From assembly GCF_001194135.2 (NCBI RefSeq), contig NC_068989.1, forward strand, positions 5,299,159-5,363,098: a DNA stretch of 63,940 nt, written 5' to 3'. Under the pieces are notes generated by a model that did no database searches, was not told the origin of the DNA, and worked only from the letters and a program-made list of their open reading frames with translations. A program made the translations under genes and the position numbers. Numbering within the stretch: the first letter of the stretch is position 1; every line of letters begins with the position of its first letter. Shown here piece after piece: positions 62,270 to 63,940 of the stretch. This DNA is from Octopus bimaculoides. Taxonomy: Eukaryota.

Positions 62270-62627
62270 TCTTTTATTTGTTTCAGCAATTTGACTGCGG
62301 CCATGATGAGGCATCACCTTTTAGTCGAATCCAGGACCTATTTTTTGTAAGCCTAGTACTTATTCTACTGGTCTCTTTTGCCGAACCGCTAAGTTACGGG
62401 ACGTAAACACATCAACATCGGTTGTCAAGGGATAGTGGGGGACAAAGAGAGATACACGAACACACATACACACACACACACATACATATATGTGCATGTA
62501 CATATATACGACGGGCTTCTTTCAGTTTTCGCCTCACAAGGCTTTGGTCGGCCCGAGGTTATAGTAGAAAATACCCGAGGTGCCACGCAATGGGACTGAA
62601 CCCGGAACTATGTGGTTGGTAAGCAAG
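62270..62627 (-). mobile_element. SINE family A, cut by an assembly gap
   Basis: Reverse complement aligns to 60436-60839. Confidence 0.8.
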
Positions 62628-63940
62628 NNNNNNNNNNNNNNNNNNNNNNNNNNNNNNNNNNNNNNNNNNNNNNNNNNNNNNNNNNNNNNNNNNNNNNNNN
62701 NNNNNNNNNNNNNNNNNNNNNNNNNNNGCACGCATGCACATTCAATCTCTCTTTCTTTCTCTCTTTCACTCACTCTCTCTCACTCTCTCTCTCTCACACA
62801 CACATACATACACACACAAATTTGTATGGATTTGTACGTACATAAATATGTAACATCCCCCCCCCATTTGTTCACTTCAATCTTTATTTGATTTGCTGTA
62901 GAGGGGAAAAAATGAAGAATAAAATAATAGCTTGAAACACTTCTGGTCATTCGGTAAGAGCTAACAAAAAGGAATTGATTTCAGACGATCAGATTAAAGA
63001 ACAATCAGTAGCCAGCAAGGCACAAAATCTTAGCGAAAGCCAAAAGCGAAGTCGAAGTTTTATCATCGGAAGTTATGCGACGCCATTAAAAAGCAGACGA
63101 TAAAATACTATACTTCCATTCTGGCTTTTCTTAAAGTTATTTCATCGACTGCAGATATTTTTGTCAATATGAATAACACAAACAGTATTGATATCTAAAG
63201 TAGGAAGAAGAAATCAGATTTATAGAGATGAGAAAATTAGACATTCTAAGTTTAAGTCACAAGAGATTGTAGGTAAAGTTAACAATGGGAAGGACTTTTG
63301 TATAACAGAATCAACCATTATTTCTATGCTACGTTTAATATATATATATTTCTGAAATGCATGTATATGCGTACGTATATACATACGTACGTACATACAT
63401 ACCTACATACATAGATGCATACATACATACAAACGCACGCATATACATACATATATATATATATACACATTTACGTGTGTATGTGTTCTTTTATTCATTT
63501 ACTTGTTTCAGTCATTTGACTGCGGCCATGCTGGAGCACCGCCTTTAGTCCAACAAACTGACACCATGACTTATTCTTTGTAAGCCTAGTACTTATTCTA
63601 TTGGTCTGTTTTGTCGAGCCTCTAATAAGTGTGTCTTATATACCATAAAAAAACGGTATATGAAAACTAGTCGATGGCACTGCTCTTGTCTTAGGAATGG
63701 TACATGTAATTGGTCCTCCGATTAACTAACACTAAGTTGTTTCTGAATATCTTTTGCGGAATCCATTCTGTTGCAAGTTATATTCTCGGGTCCTTACTCT
63801 GAGGATATAACTATAACTTTCTCCTTCCAGTGTGTGTCACCCGGGTCAGCCTTTGAGTTTTCTGCCGATAATATCATCCACACCTGACCAATACTGCGCA
63901 TATAGGGTAATACAGCGGACTGAAAAGTGACACCCTTATA

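Overview
AT-rich, microsatellite- and SINE-saturated animal genomic DNA with 18 assembly gaps, most next to simple repeats. The repeat landscape looks like an octopus (cephalopod) short-read scaffold; this is inference, not verified. One protein-coding gene is solidly supported: a METTL2/METTL8/Trm140-family tRNA 3-methylcytidine (m3C32) methyltransferase on the minus strand (42677-55383). I assembled it by hand into 9 phase-compatible GT-AG exons encoding 399 aa. The main discovery is a second, paralogous first coding exon inside intron 1 (52500-52695). It encodes an Arg/Ser-rich, acid-free, mitochondrial-presequence-like N-terminus ending in a METTL8-like motif, so one gene may supply both the cytosolic and the mitochondrial m3C writer. 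The second discovery is five minimal type-I hammerhead-ribozyme-like motifs of the Penelope-element type with covarying stems. Repeats inside the gene body also show a CpG-decay (methylation) footprint. The rest is tRNA-derived SINEs, RTE-like LINE remnants, mariner/hAT MITEs, and mini- and microsatellites. Almost all supplied ORFs are repeat or gap artefacts. Repeat boundaries are approximate unless a TSD is given.
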